Positions 1-8,992 of a stretch of 29,567 nt of DNA are shown here, piece after piece. The stretch covers positions 1 through 29,567 of the forward strand of contig DATHNK010000306.1 of NCBI GenBank assembly GCA_035486075.1, read 5' to 3'. This stretch comes from Bacteroidia bacterium (lineage in GTDB: Bacteria > Bacteroidota > Bacteroidia > JABEUT01). The number at the start of each line of letters is the position of its first letter. Position 1 is the stretch's first letter. The notes beneath the pieces were generated by a model. The model saw only the letters and a program-made list of their open reading frames with translations, was not told the origin of the DNA and searched no databases. A program made the translations under genes and the position numbers.

Positions 1-1102
1 GAGCGGAAACCCCGATAAATGAACCCCGCACAAAATTGGGTACGGTGGTTGTTACAGTCGCACGCATGTTAGTACCGAATTGTTCCGATGCAACGGTAAT
101 AAATATGGTCCAATAGCCTTGTGTTATTCCCAGCAAAAAGATAATAACATAAAACGCAAAAGCGCTCAATCCGAAGGATGAGAAATAAGCAACAGCCATC
201 ACAATCATAAAAGACATGGCAATCATCAGCGATTTTTTGCGCGAATGCAGCCACTGGCTTATCACTCCCCAAAGTAAGCTACCGATAGATGCTCCTATAT
301 AATGATACATTATGGCTTGCCCAGCAACAATGGTGCCCTGAATATGGAATACTTTCTGGGCAAACTCGGTAGAGAAGAATACCAATAAGCCTATGATATA
401 CCACACGGGCAATCCAAGAAAGATGCAATAAAGGTATTTTAAAAATCTTTTGGAATCGGTAAAAAGGCTCAAAAAATGCCCCCTCACAGTTTCCACCTGT
501 TTGATCTTATTGAACATTCCCGATTCCCTTACCAACAAACGCAACACAAGCAAGGCAAGTCCGAGTCCGCCACCGACTAAATAAGCGCTCTGCCAACTGA
601 ATACATCAGCTACAATAAAAGCCAGAACGGCTCCCAGAACACCAACAAAACCAACTATGGTAGTGCCATAGCCTCTGTTCTTGGTAGTCATTACTTCAGA
701 AACGAGGGTAATCCCCAAACCCAGTTCACCGGCTAAACCTAATCCGGCAATAAACCGCAAGGCGATATACGTATTTATATCATGCACATAAGCATTGGCA
801 ATGTTGGCAACTGAATAAAGTAAAATGGTGAAAAACAATATGGAAAGTCTTCCTTTTTTATCGCCCAATATTCCCCATATAATGCCGCCTATCATCATAC
901 CCGCCATTTGCCAGTTCAGCAAGAGAATACCTTTATCTAATATTTCGTCCCCTTTAAAACCAAGCGTTTCAAGGCTGGGCTTGCGAACTACATTGAATAA
1001 TATCAGGTCATAAATATCCACGAAGTAGCCTAAAGCGGCCACTATCACCGTGTTATTTATCGCTTTATGGGTAAGGCTATGCTCGTTTGTAATGTTGCTC
1101 AT
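1..1102 (-). CDS. MFS transporter (3'-truncated by window edge; absent from the ORF track)
   Basis: Manual translation from ATG at 1102 (MSNITNEHSLTHKAINNTVIVAALGYFVDIYDLILF...) stays open to the window start. MFS motif A (GILGDKKGRLS), motif B-like RFIAGLGLAGE, multiple hydrophobic helices. Confidence 0.92.
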   Translation of the reverse strand, partial: MSNITNEHSLTHKAINNTVIVAALGYFVDIYDLILFNVVRKPSLETLGFKGDEILDKGILLLNWQMAGMMIGGIIWGILGDKKGRLSILFFTILLYSVANIANAYVHDINTYIALRFIAGLGLAGELGLGITLVSEVMTTKNRGYGTTIVGFVGVLGAVLAFIVADVFSWQSAYLVGGGLGLALLVLRLLVRESGMFNKIKQVETVRGHFLSLFTDSKRFLKYLYCIFLGLPVWYIIGLLVFFSTEFAQKVFHIQGTIVAGQAIMYHYIGASIGSLLWGVISQWLHSRKKSLMIAMSFMIVMAVAYFSSFGLSAFAFYVIIFLLGITQGYWTIFITVASEQFGTNMRATVTTTVPNFVRGSFIGVSA

Positions 1103-1138
1103 ACGGTAAAATGGGGTGTTACTGCGTCTTTTATAGCC

Positions 1139-1146
1139 CAAACGTA
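1139..1146 (-). promoter_or_regulatory. Bacteroidota -7 promoter element for the MFS gene
   Basis: Reverse complement reads TACGTTTG, matching TAnnTTTG, 36 nt upstream of the ATG at 1102. Confidence 0.6.
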
Positions 1147-1155
1147 CGGAAAAAT

Positions 1156-1246
1156 GTGGTAAGTGGATAGTGGTTAGTGTATAGTTTAAAAACTTGAACA
1201 TATTCCTAAAAGGTTTACTAATCACTAACCACTATCCACTTACCAC
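1156..1246. repeat. Heptamer-periodic inverted repeat with perfect 24-bp arms (hairpin/cruciform)
   Basis: GTGGTAAGTGGATAGTGGTTAGTG (1156-1179) is the exact reverse complement of 1223-1246. Each arm is five 7-mers (atgtggt/aagtgga/tagtggt/tagtgta/tagttta). Confidence 0.9.
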
Positions 1247-1264
1247 TTATTCAACTAAAAGCCT

Positions 1265-1272
1265 TACTTTTG
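1265..1272 (+). promoter_or_regulatory. Bacteroidota -7 promoter element for the thiolase operon
   Basis: TACTTTTG matches TAnnTTTG, 22 nt before the ATG at 1295. Confidence 0.6.
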
Positions 1273-1294
1273 GGTCATAAATCAAACAAGTAAT

Positions 1295-2476
1295 ATGTCA
1301 AAAGAAGTTTATATCGTATCCGCAGTTCGTACCCCTATTGGTAGTTACGGAGGAGTATTATCAGAAGTTCCTGCTACCATGTTGGGAGCGACCGCTATTA
1401 AACAGGCATTAGCCAAAATAAATTTGGACCCGGCTAACGTAAATGAGGTGTTTATGGGCAATGTGTTGCAAGGTGGAGTTGGACAGGCTCCTGCACGCCA
1501 GGCTGCACGTGCTGCAGGTATTCCGGATAATGTGCCCTGCACAACTGTAAATAAAGTTTGCGCATCGGGTATGAAGTCAATTATGTGGGGAGTGCAGAGT
1601 ATTTTGCTGGGCGATACCGATGTGGTAGTTGCCGGAGGAATGGAAAGCATGTCTATGGCGCCATATTATTTAGATAAAGCACGTAAGGGTTACCGCATGG
1701 GCAACGGCACACTCATTGACGGAATGATGTTTGATGGACTTACAGATCCATATACTAATACCCCCATGGGACTTTCAGGAGAACTGTGTGCTACAGAGTG
1801 CAATATTTCCCGCCAGGAACAAGACGCACATGCAATTGCGTCATATACCCGTTCTGCCGAGGCATGGAAAAATGGTAAATTCAAAGATGAAGTGGTACCT
1901 GTAGAAGTGCCACAACGCAAAGGGCCGGCTATCGTTGTTAACGAAGACGAAGAATATAAAAATGTAAAATTCGATAAGATACCAAGCTTGCAACCGGTGT
2001 TTAAGAAAGACGGGACAATAACTGCTGCAAACGCATCTACTATTAATGACGGTGCAGCTGCTGTAGTTTTAATGAGCAAGGAAAAAGCAGATGAATTAGG
2101 CATTAAGCCCCTTGCAAAAATCATTGGCTATGCTGATGCCGAACAAGCTCCGGAAAAGTTTACCACTACTCCATCCAAAGCCTTGCCAAAAGCAATTGAA
2201 AAGGCAAAACTTAAAATAAGTGACATCGAATATTTTGAAATTAATGAAGCATTTTCAGTGGTGGCACTTGCTAACAGTAAAATTTTAAACCTCAACCCGG
2301 ATAGGGTTAATGTAAATGGCGGGGCAGTTTCTTTAGGCCATCCATTGGGTTGTTCAGGTGCTCGAATTATTGTAACGCTTATAAATGTATTGAAACAGAA
2401 CAAAGCAAAATACGGCGCAGCAGGAATTTGCAATGGTGGCGGCGGCGCAAGCGCTTTAGTAATTGAAAATTGTTAA
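1295..2476 (+). CDS. atoB: Acetyl-CoA C-acetyltransferase (thiolase, AtoB type)
   Basis: 393 aa; VSAVRTPIG, NKVCASGMKS (catalytic Cys), NEAF, GHPLGCSGAR, CNGGGG motifs. Confidence 0.92.
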   Translation: MSKEVYIVSAVRTPIGSYGGVLSEVPATMLGATAIKQALAKINLDPANVNEVFMGNVLQGGVGQAPARQAARAAGIPDNVPCTTVNKVCASGMKSIMWGVQSILLGDTDVVVAGGMESMSMAPYYLDKARKGYRMGNGTLIDGMMFDGLTDPYTNTPMGLSGELCATECNISRQEQDAHAIASYTRSAEAWKNGKFKDEVVPVEVPQRKGPAIVVNEDEEYKNVKFDKIPSLQPVFKKDGTITAANASTINDGAAAVVLMSKEKADELGIKPLAKIIGYADAEQAPEKFTTTPSKALPKAIEKAKLKISDIEYFEINEAFSVVALANSKILNLNPDRVNVNGGAVSLGHPLGCSGARIIVTLINVLKQNKAKYGAAGICNGGGGASALVIENC

Positions 2477-2482
2477 CGGAAA

Positions 2483-3265
2483 ATGAACCTTTTTGGCTTT
2501 TGTAATTTAAGTGTAGTGCCTTGCCGTAGGGAACCTGCGGACAGGAGCGAAATGACTACGCAACTATTGTTTGGCGAGCATTTTGAAATTCTGGAAGAAC
2601 ATAAAAGCTGGGTATATATTTCTTCTGCTATTGATGGTTATAAAAGTTGGATTGACAGAAAACAATACCTTCCAATTTCAAAAGAAACTTTCGATAAATT
2701 AAGTAGCGAAGCCTATTCACGTACATCAGACATTGTGGGAGTAATTACAGAAACAACAGAAAATATTTCTTTCCCGGTAACTATCGGGAGTCGATTGCCT
2801 TTTATCAAAGGGAAAGAATTTACTATTGAAAAAAAGAAATACAACTTCCAGGGAAGTGTTACAACCCCGGGCACTAAACCTAAGCGGGCAAAAATTGTGG
2901 AGGATTCTTTTACTTATCTCAATACTCCTTACCTGTGGGGAGGCCGCACACCTTTTGGAATAGACTGTTCAGGGTTCACACAGATGGTTTACCGCCTCAA
3001 TGGAATAAAGCTCTTCAGGGATGCTTCACAACAGGTGGAACAAGGCGAAACATTGGATTTTCCCGAAGAAGCTAAACCAGGGGACCTTGCATTTTTTGAT
3101 AATACTGATGGCGCTATAACCCATGTGGGCATTGTACTTCCGGATATGCAAATTATACATTCATCAGGCAAAGTACATATAGATAAACTTGACCATTTGG
3201 GCATTTTTAATGAAGAAAAGAAAATCTATACACACAATTTGCGGATATTAAAAACATTATTTTAA
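2483..3265 (+). CDS. NlpC/P60 (C40) peptidase with N-terminal SH3b-like region, YkfC/dipeptidyl-peptidase VI-like
   Basis: PYLWGGRT, GIDCSG (Cys), THVGI (His), IIHSSG (His) triad; N-terminal VVPCRREPADRSEMTTQLLFGE; no obvious signal peptide. Confidence 0.9.
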   Translation: MNLFGFCNLSVVPCRREPADRSEMTTQLLFGEHFEILEEHKSWVYISSAIDGYKSWIDRKQYLPISKETFDKLSSEAYSRTSDIVGVITETTENISFPVTIGSRLPFIKGKEFTIEKKKYNFQGSVTTPGTKPKRAKIVEDSFTYLNTPYLWGGRTPFGIDCSGFTQMVYRLNGIKLFRDASQQVEQGETLDFPEEAKPGDLAFFDNTDGAITHVGIVLPDMQIIHSSGKVHIDKLDHLGIFNEEKKIYTHNLRILKTLF

Positions 3266-3293
3266 CTTTACTCCCGACATACTCTGAAAATAT

Positions 3294-3998
3294 ATGGATC
3301 CAAACATAACCATCAGTTTAAAAAACGTGGCAATATACCAGGGAGACAGTCTTATTCTGAGCCGTGTAAACCTGGAGGTAAAAAAAGGCGAGCACATATA
3401 CCTGATGGGGAAAACAGGCAGCGGAAAAAGCAGTTTGCTTGAAACATTATATGCTGAACTTCCTTTAGTGGAAGGTGAAGCTCATATAGCGGAGTACGAT
3501 TTAAGTAAAATAAAAAGAAAACAAATTCCCCTTTTGAGAAGAAGGCTGGGGATTATTTTCCAGGATTTTCAGTTACTAAATGACAGAACAGTAAAGGATA
3601 ATCTTCTCTTTGTGCTTCATGCCACAGGCTGGAAAGATAAGCAGAAGATGGATGAGCGGATCAACGAAGTTCTGGATAAAGTAGGACTCAATACTAAAGG
3701 ATTTAAAATGCCCCATGAACTCTCGGGTGGCGAACAACAACGTGTAGCTATTGCGCGTTCACTTCTTAATCACCCGGAAATTATTCTGGCTGATGAGCCT
3801 ACAGGAAACCTTGACCCCGAAACCTCAGAAGATATTGTCCGGCTACTGTCCGGTATTACTGAAACAGATTGTTCCGTAATTATAGCCACCCATAACTTAT
3901 CTCTTGTTCAGAAATTTCCTGCAAGAACTTTGCGTTGCGAGAATGGTGAAGTTATGGAGGACTTAGTGCTATCAGCAGGTTTTATCAATGCTTATTAA
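3294..3998 (+). CDS. ftsE: FtsE-like ABC ATP-binding protein
   Basis: Walker A GKTGSGKS, RRRLGIIFQDFQLL (FtsE-typical), signature LSGGEQQR, Walker B LADEPTGNLDP, H-loop ATH. No permease gene adjacent. Confidence 0.75.
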   Translation: MDPNITISLKNVAIYQGDSLILSRVNLEVKKGEHIYLMGKTGSGKSSLLETLYAELPLVEGEAHIAEYDLSKIKRKQIPLLRRRLGIIFQDFQLLNDRTVKDNLLFVLHATGWKDKQKMDERINEVLDKVGLNTKGFKMPHELSGGEQQRVAIARSLLNHPEIILADEPTGNLDPETSEDIVRLLSGITETDCSVIIATHNLSLVQKFPARTLRCENGEVMEDLVLSAGFINAY

Positions 3999-4006
3999 AC
4001 TATATT

Positions 4007-4771
4007 ATGGACTCAGGTAAAGTTGAAACAAGCATACAAAACGGAATTGCAACTATTGAATTTTTCCATCCTCAAAGTAATTCCCTACCCGGAACATTAT
4101 TAAGAAATCTTGCACTTGAAATTGAAAATGCAGGGAAGAATAATGAAGCTACAGTTATAATAATTAAAAGTGGCGGAGAAAAAACATTCTGTGCCGGAGC
4201 ATCTTTTGATGAACTTATTTCCATAGCAGATTTGGAAACCGGTAAAAAATTCTTTTCTGGATTTGCAGCTGTGATTAATGCCATGCGCAAGGCTCCAAAA
4301 TTTATTATTGCCAGGGTGCAAGGTAAAACAGTTGGGGGCGGAGTAGGTATTGCATCAGCCGCAGATTATACATTGGCAACCGAGGCAGCATCTGTAAAAC
4401 TAAGCGAGCTAAGTGTTGGAATTGGCCCTTTTGTGGTTGGCCCTGCTGTGGAAAGAAAAGTTGGCACTTCCGCATTTGCAGCATTATCCATCAGTGCAAG
4501 TGAATGGATGACCGCACAATGGGCAAAAGAAAAAGGAATGTATGCAGGCATATATCCCACTATAGCAGAACTGGACAAGGCAGTTGAAGATCTTTCAACT
4601 AAACTATCGCAAAGTAATCCGGAAGCCATGATGATGCTGAAAAAAGTATTTTGGGAAGGAACTGAAAACTGGGACACGTTACTTGCTGAAAGAGCGGAAA
4701 TTAGTGGGAAACTGGTCTTATCGGAATTTACCAGGAACTTCATTGAAAAATTTAAACAAGGAGCCCGATAA
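4007..4771 (+). CDS. Enoyl-CoA hydratase/isomerase (crotonase), methylglutaconyl-CoA hydratase-like
   Basis: FCAGASF and VGGGVG oxyanion-hole motifs; one catalytic Glu in LSEL; 254 aa. Confidence 0.85.
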   Translation: MDSGKVETSIQNGIATIEFFHPQSNSLPGTLLRNLALEIENAGKNNEATVIIIKSGGEKTFCAGASFDELISIADLETGKKFFSGFAAVINAMRKAPKFIIARVQGKTVGGGVGIASAADYTLATEAASVKLSELSVGIGPFVVGPAVERKVGTSAFAALSISASEWMTAQWAKEKGMYAGIYPTIAELDKAVEDLSTKLSQSNPEAMMMLKKVFWEGTENWDTLLAERAEISGKLVLSEFTRNFIEKFKQGAR

Positions 4772-4772
4772 A

Positions 4773-5120
4773 ATGCCTTACAAGGAAAAAGAAACTGAAA
4801 AAATGTTTTACTCCATTGGAGAAGTGGCCGAAATGTTCCATGTGAACACTTCTTTACTCCGTTTCTGGGAAAAAGAATTCTCTACTATTCTTGATTTATC
4901 GAAGGACAGCCGTGGAAACAGGCAATATACTTCCCAGGATATTTCAAAAATCAGAGTATTGCATAACCTGGTTAAAGAACAAGGTTATACGCTGGAAGGC
5001 GCGCAGAAATATTTAAAAGAAAACAAAAGAGAAGCATTTGAAAGAGATGCAGTATATAGTTCACTGCTTAAAATTAAAGAACAACTCATCGCATTAAAAA
5101 AAATGCAATCGGAAGCTTAG
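4773..5120 (+). CDS. MerR family transcriptional regulator
   Basis: YSIGEVAEMF...LLRFWEKEF...GNRQY HTH. Start moved from 4683 to the ATG at 4773, just after the crotonase stop. Confidence 0.88.
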   Translation: MPYKEKETEKMFYSIGEVAEMFHVNTSLLRFWEKEFSTILDLSKDSRGNRQYTSQDISKIRVLHNLVKEQGYTLEGAQKYLKENKREAFERDAVYSSLLKIKEQLIALKKMQSEA

Positions 5121-6208
5121 AATTGGGTAGCCAATTTCAAGGTTTCTTCTTTCTTTACTTTACCTGTTGGCGTTTCAATAAACTTCTCGACTCTATAATA
5201 TTCCTTAGGGATTTCATATTTGGACAGAGTCTTTTCAGTCAGGGTTTTTATTCCGGCAATATCCATATTTTCCGGTACCTCAATTACAATAACTACTTTT
5301 TGCCCGAACTTTTCATCTGGCAAAGCTGCAATGAAAAACCTATGATCAGGAATTAACGTTGCTAATTTATTCTCTACAATCTCAGGATGAATTTTAATCC
5401 CGCCGCTATTGATGACATTGTCATATCGCCCCAGCCATTTAAAATGAGTTGAGTCATTTAGTTCGACAATATCATTTGTAATAACCGGAGCATCATTCAC
5501 TAAAGGTGCATTCACAATTAAACACCCCCGATTGTCACTCTCAAAATCGACCCCCTGCAATGCAAAATATTTATCGCTCCTTGATTTTCCACTCAATCTC
5601 CTTAATGCAACATGACTAAGTGTTTCTGTCATAGCAAATGTGGCATAAATTGAATTGGTATAACTTTCCAATTCTTTTTCCAATGATGGTGATATGGGAG
5701 CACCGCCAATAATTACATTTTTAATTGTTTGAAATCGCTTTTTGCTTATTTCATTACCACTTAAATTCTGAACTTGCAGTGGAACGAACGCTGCAAAATC
5801 AATTTTTTTTCCGGCAATACCCAGTAGCGGCTTATCAGATGGCTCCAGTGTTATCAAATCCATTCCGCTCACAAAAGCACGAACAACCATCATTTTTCCG
5901 GCAATATAATCAGGGGAGAGACAAAGTAATCCTGTTGTACGGTCAGTTAAATTAAAGTAATTACAGGTCATAAGGGCGCTGTTAATAAACTGCTCCTTTC
6001 TGAATGAAATTGATTTGGGCATACCCGTAGTCCCTGATGTATTAACTGTAACTGTTATCTTATCAGAAATCCATTCATCTATAAAACTATATAATGATTT
6101 TTTAAAGTCAGAAATAGTTGGTTCATTAATACCTTTATTGACCAATCTTACCAGATCATCCCTAAAATAGCCCTGACCATTTAATGTAATTTCGTCGAAA
6201 TAATTCAT
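5117..6208 (-). CDS. menE: O-succinylbenzoate-CoA ligase (short Bacteroidota-type MenE)
   Basis: AMP-binding TSGTTGMPK, FAMTETLSH, GRYDNVINSGGIKI. Last gene of the men cluster. ATG at 6208 overlaps the menC stop (ATGA). Confidence 0.85.
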   Translation of the reverse strand: MNYFDEITLNGQGYFRDDLVRLVNKGINEPTISDFKKSLYSFIDEWISDKITVTVNTSGTTGMPKSISFRKEQFINSALMTCNYFNLTDRTTGLLCLSPDYIAGKMMVVRAFVSGMDLITLEPSDKPLLGIAGKKIDFAAFVPLQVQNLSGNEISKKRFQTIKNVIIGGAPISPSLEKELESYTNSIYATFAMTETLSHVALRRLSGKSRSDKYFALQGVDFESDNRGCLIVNAPLVNDAPVITNDIVELNDSTHFKWLGRYDNVINSGGIKIHPEIVENKLATLIPDHRFFIAALPDEKFGQKVVIVIEVPENMDIAGIKTLTEKTLSKYEIPKEYYRVEKFIETPTGKVKKEETLKLATQF

Positions 6209-7263
6209 TCTGCAGTTTCTATTCTGTCCAAATTCCAATCTCTGCCTAAGTACCAGAGTTTAGTATCTTCCATTAAAAGAGGCGATGGAATGTTATTTGT
6301 ATAAAGTTGTCCTGTTCCTAATCCCTGTGGCAATTTGCTGTTTAGGGTATACGTCCATTGGGCAATAGCATTCAGTCCAATATTTGATTCCAATGCCGAA
6401 GTGATCCACCAACCTACCTTATACTTATTTGCAATTTCAATCCACTCTTCCGAATGCTTAAATCCACCAAGCAAGGAAGGCTTTATAATGAGATAACCAG
6501 GAAGAATTTGTGAAACAAGCCTTTCTTTCTCTTCATCTTTTAAAACACCAATAAGTTCTTCATCCAATGCAATGGGAATAGGAGATCTTCTACAGAGTTT
6601 TGCCATTTCTTCCCGGTTTCCTTGCTTTATTGGCTGCTCGATTGAATGTATTTTGAATACTGCCAACTGCTCCAATTTATTTAATGCTTCGTTATCTGCA
6701 AATGCACCGTTTGCATCCAGCCTTATTTCCAAATCATTTTCCTGATATTCCATACGTAATTCTGAAAGCATACTTAGTTCCTCTTCAAATCCGATCGCTC
6801 CTATCTTTATCTTAATACATCTGAAACCTGCTTCTATCTTCTCTTTCAGCTGCTTTTTAATAAACTCAACGGTCCCCATCCAAATAAGTCCGTTAGTTGG
6901 AATTCCTTCCAAACCGCCGGTAAAATTTGATGGGAATAGTATTCTGGTTCCATTATTTTTCAAATCCTTCAGAGCTGTTTCCACTCCAAATAATATGGAC
7001 GGAAATGCAAGTAACTCACTTGTTAAATTCTGAATATATACATTGATATTTTCACAAACATATTTCAAAAATTCTTCATAATTATCAACATCATCCACAC
7101 TTAAACCCTTTAAAATACTACATTCACCTATTCCAATAACAGAACGGGTTCCATCCTCCCATATCTTAATGAAATACGCCGGTTTTTCTGTTAGTACACC
7201 CCTTGAGGTACCTGATGGGTGTTTGAATTTTAATAAATATTTTTTATATTCAGCTTTATACAT
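6205..7263 (-). CDS. menC: O-succinylbenzoate synthase
   Basis: Enolase-superfamily motifs KIK, RLDANG, IEQP, LDEEL, IKP; position inside the men cluster. Confidence 0.85.
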   Translation of the reverse strand: MYKAEYKKYLLKFKHPSGTSRGVLTEKPAYFIKIWEDGTRSVIGIGECSILKGLSVDDVDNYEEFLKYVCENINVYIQNLTSELLAFPSILFGVETALKDLKNNGTRILFPSNFTGGLEGIPTNGLIWMGTVEFIKKQLKEKIEAGFRCIKIKIGAIGFEEELSMLSELRMEYQENDLEIRLDANGAFADNEALNKLEQLAVFKIHSIEQPIKQGNREEMAKLCRRSPIPIALDEELIGVLKDEEKERLVSQILPGYLIIKPSLLGGFKHSEEWIEIANKYKVGWWITSALESNIGLNAIAQWTYTLNSKLPQGLGTGQLYTNNIPSPLLMEDTKLWYLGRDWNLDRIETAE

Positions 7264-8161
7264 ATGGATTTAAACAAATGCTGATTCCCATGCAAAGAAC
7301 AAGTAATAAAGTAAATATAGCAAGTTGTTTAAGGTATTTATCCATTCCCGCAGAATCACTTTTCATAACGCCTACCAAATGCCAGATAAAAAGAGGGAGA
7401 GTTATTAGAAACGTCCATTGCCATGGGGAACTCATATGCAGCAGAGTAAAACGTGTTAATCGGCTAAAGGCAATTACAATTAAAAGAAAGTGATATCTCT
7501 TTGCATTAGTAAGCCCCAGTCTCACTGCAAGAGTTCGTTTACCGGTGGCCGCATCGGTATTTATATCCCTCATATTATTTACATTTAATACACCTGCACT
7601 TAAAAAACCAAGTGTACTGGCAGGCATTAAAATATCCAATTCAAAATAATGTGCATGCAGGTAAAAGGTTCCACCAACCCCAACTACTCCAAAGAAAATA
7701 AAAACAGCCATGTCCCCCAGACCTGAATATCCATAAGGTTTTTTACCCATTGTATATTTTATGGCTGCAACAATACATAGCAAGCCGATAACCAGAAATA
7801 TAAGAAATGTATAGAAATTATCTACCGCTTCGTATAACAGTATACACCCACTAACAAACGTAAGTAATGCAACAAAAATTACGGCATTCCGCATAGCGGA
7901 GACAGAAATCGTTCCGGTTTGCAAACTCCTCTGCGGGCCTATTCTTTCATCATTATCGGCGCCATGCTTGTAATCACCATACTCATTTGCCAGGTTAGAC
8001 AGTATTTGTAAAAGTACAGCAGTTAATGAAGTCAGAAGGCAAGTTTGCAAGTTAAATACCTTAAACCCTACAGCCAGGAAATTCCCCATGCCTGTAGCAG
8101 CTAAAGCAAGGGGTAATGTTCTTAAGCGCAGGGAAACGATCCATGCACGGGCCTTATTCAT
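7256..8161 (-). CDS. menA: 1,4-dihydroxy-2-naphthoate polyprenyltransferase
   Basis: RLRTLPLA, NLANEYGDYKHGAD, NNMRDINTD..GKRTLAVRLG UbiA/MenA motifs; multiple TM helices. Confidence 0.93.
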   Translation of the reverse strand: MNKARAWIVSLRLRTLPLALAATGMGNFLAVGFKVFNLQTCLLTSLTAVLLQILSNLANEYGDYKHGADNDERIGPQRSLQTGTISVSAMRNAVIFVALLTFVSGCILLYEAVDNFYTFLIFLVIGLLCIVAAIKYTMGKKPYGYSGLGDMAVFIFFGVVGVGGTFYLHAHYFELDILMPASTLGFLSAGVLNVNNMRDINTDAATGKRTLAVRLGLTNAKRYHFLLIVIAFSRLTRFTLLHMSSPWQWTFLITLPLFIWHLVGVMKSDSAGMDKYLKQLAIFTLLLVLCMGISICLNPYV

Positions 8162-8164
8162 GAA

Positions 8165-8992
8165 TTATGGGAATTTTGGGAATTTACTGAAATCGGGGTT
8201 TCTTTTTTCCATAAATGCATCACGACCTTCTTTTGCTTCGTCAGACAAATAATAGAGTAACGTTGCATTTCCTGCAAGTTCCTGTAAGCCCGCTTGTCCA
8301 TCCAATTCCGCATTAAATGAAGCTTTGAGCATCCTTAACGCCAACGGACTTTTTTGTAAAATTTTATTACACCATTCTACCGTAGCATCCTCCAATTGTT
8401 CAAGCGGGACGACTTTATTTACTAGCCCCATATCCAATGCTTCCTGTGCATTATATTGGTCGCATAAGTACCATATCTCGCGAGCTTTTTTTTGCCCCAC
8501 AATCCGAGCCAGATAAGATGCCCCAAAGCCTCCGTCAAAACTACCAACCTTAGGCCCAGTCTGTCCGAAACGCGCATTATCAGCTGCGATAGAAAGATCA
8601 CAAACAACATGTAAAACATGTCCGCCACCTATTGCCCAGCCCGCCACCATAGCAATAACAGGCTTAGGTATGGAACGTATTAATTTCTGCAAATCCAATA
8701 CGTTTAATCTTGGTGTTTTATCCTTTCCGACATATCCCCCATGTCCCCTCACACCCTGGTCTCCTCCCGAGCAAAAAGCTTTGCCGCCTTCGCCGGTCAG
8801 AATTATTACCCCAATATCGGTGCGTTCCCTACAAATATGCATCGCGTCAATCATTTCATCGACTGTGAGAGGCGTAAATGCATTATGCACTTTCGGGCGG
8901 TTAATACTAATTTTTGCAATGCCTTTATGAAAGGTAAGTAGAATTTCCTTATACTTCTTTATAGACTTCCAATCCCTTTTTTTTGTCTTCAT
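8165..8992 (-). CDS. menB: 1,4-dihydroxy-2-naphthoyl-CoA synthase
   Basis: [41 protein letters not shown] signature. Confidence 0.97.
   Translation of the reverse strand: MKTKKRDWKSIKKYKEILLTFHKGIAKISINRPKVHNAFTPLTVDEMIDAMHICRERTDIGVIILTGEGGKAFCSGGDQGVRGHGGYVGKDKTPRLNVLDLQKLIRSIPKPVIAMVAGWAIGGGHVLHVVCDLSIAADNARFGQTGPKVGSFDGGFGASYLARIVGQKKAREIWYLCDQYNAQEALDMGLVNKVVPLEQLEDATVEWCNKILQKSPLALRMLKASFNAELDGQAGLQELAGNATLLYYLSDEAKEGRDAFMEKRNPDFSKFPKFP

Noticed and set aside
1154-1248. CRISPR array or IS end
   Set aside because: Units are 7 bp with no spacers, arranged as an inverted pair; no cas or transposase gene and no target-site duplication.
4683-4772. Longer ORF-track starts (4683, 6238, 10698, 17163, 20087, 24180, 27028)
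   Set aside because: They overlap neighbouring genes or -7 promoter motifs, or use non-ATG codons; downstream ATGs fit the family N-termini better.
4773-5120. MerR protein as a CueR-like copper sensor for the MbnPH module
   Set aside because: It contains no Cys at all, so no metal-binding loop, and it lies 15 kb away.
6205-7263. L-Ala-D/L-Glu epimerase (YkfB) partnering the YkfC-like peptidase
   Set aside because: Shares enolase-superfamily motifs, but overlaps menA and menE, so MenC is more parsimonious.
7445-7470. Two Arg in a predicted MenA TM segment (FSRLTRF) as a sign of pseudogenisation
   Set aside because: Frame, length and both Asp-rich motifs are intact; could be real variation or base-call error and cannot be resolved from one sequence.
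8977-8984. 8-nt homopolymer near the menB start (and another near 5803-5810) as phase-variation tracts
   Set aside because: Short runs are expected in AT-rich DNA and both reading frames are intact.
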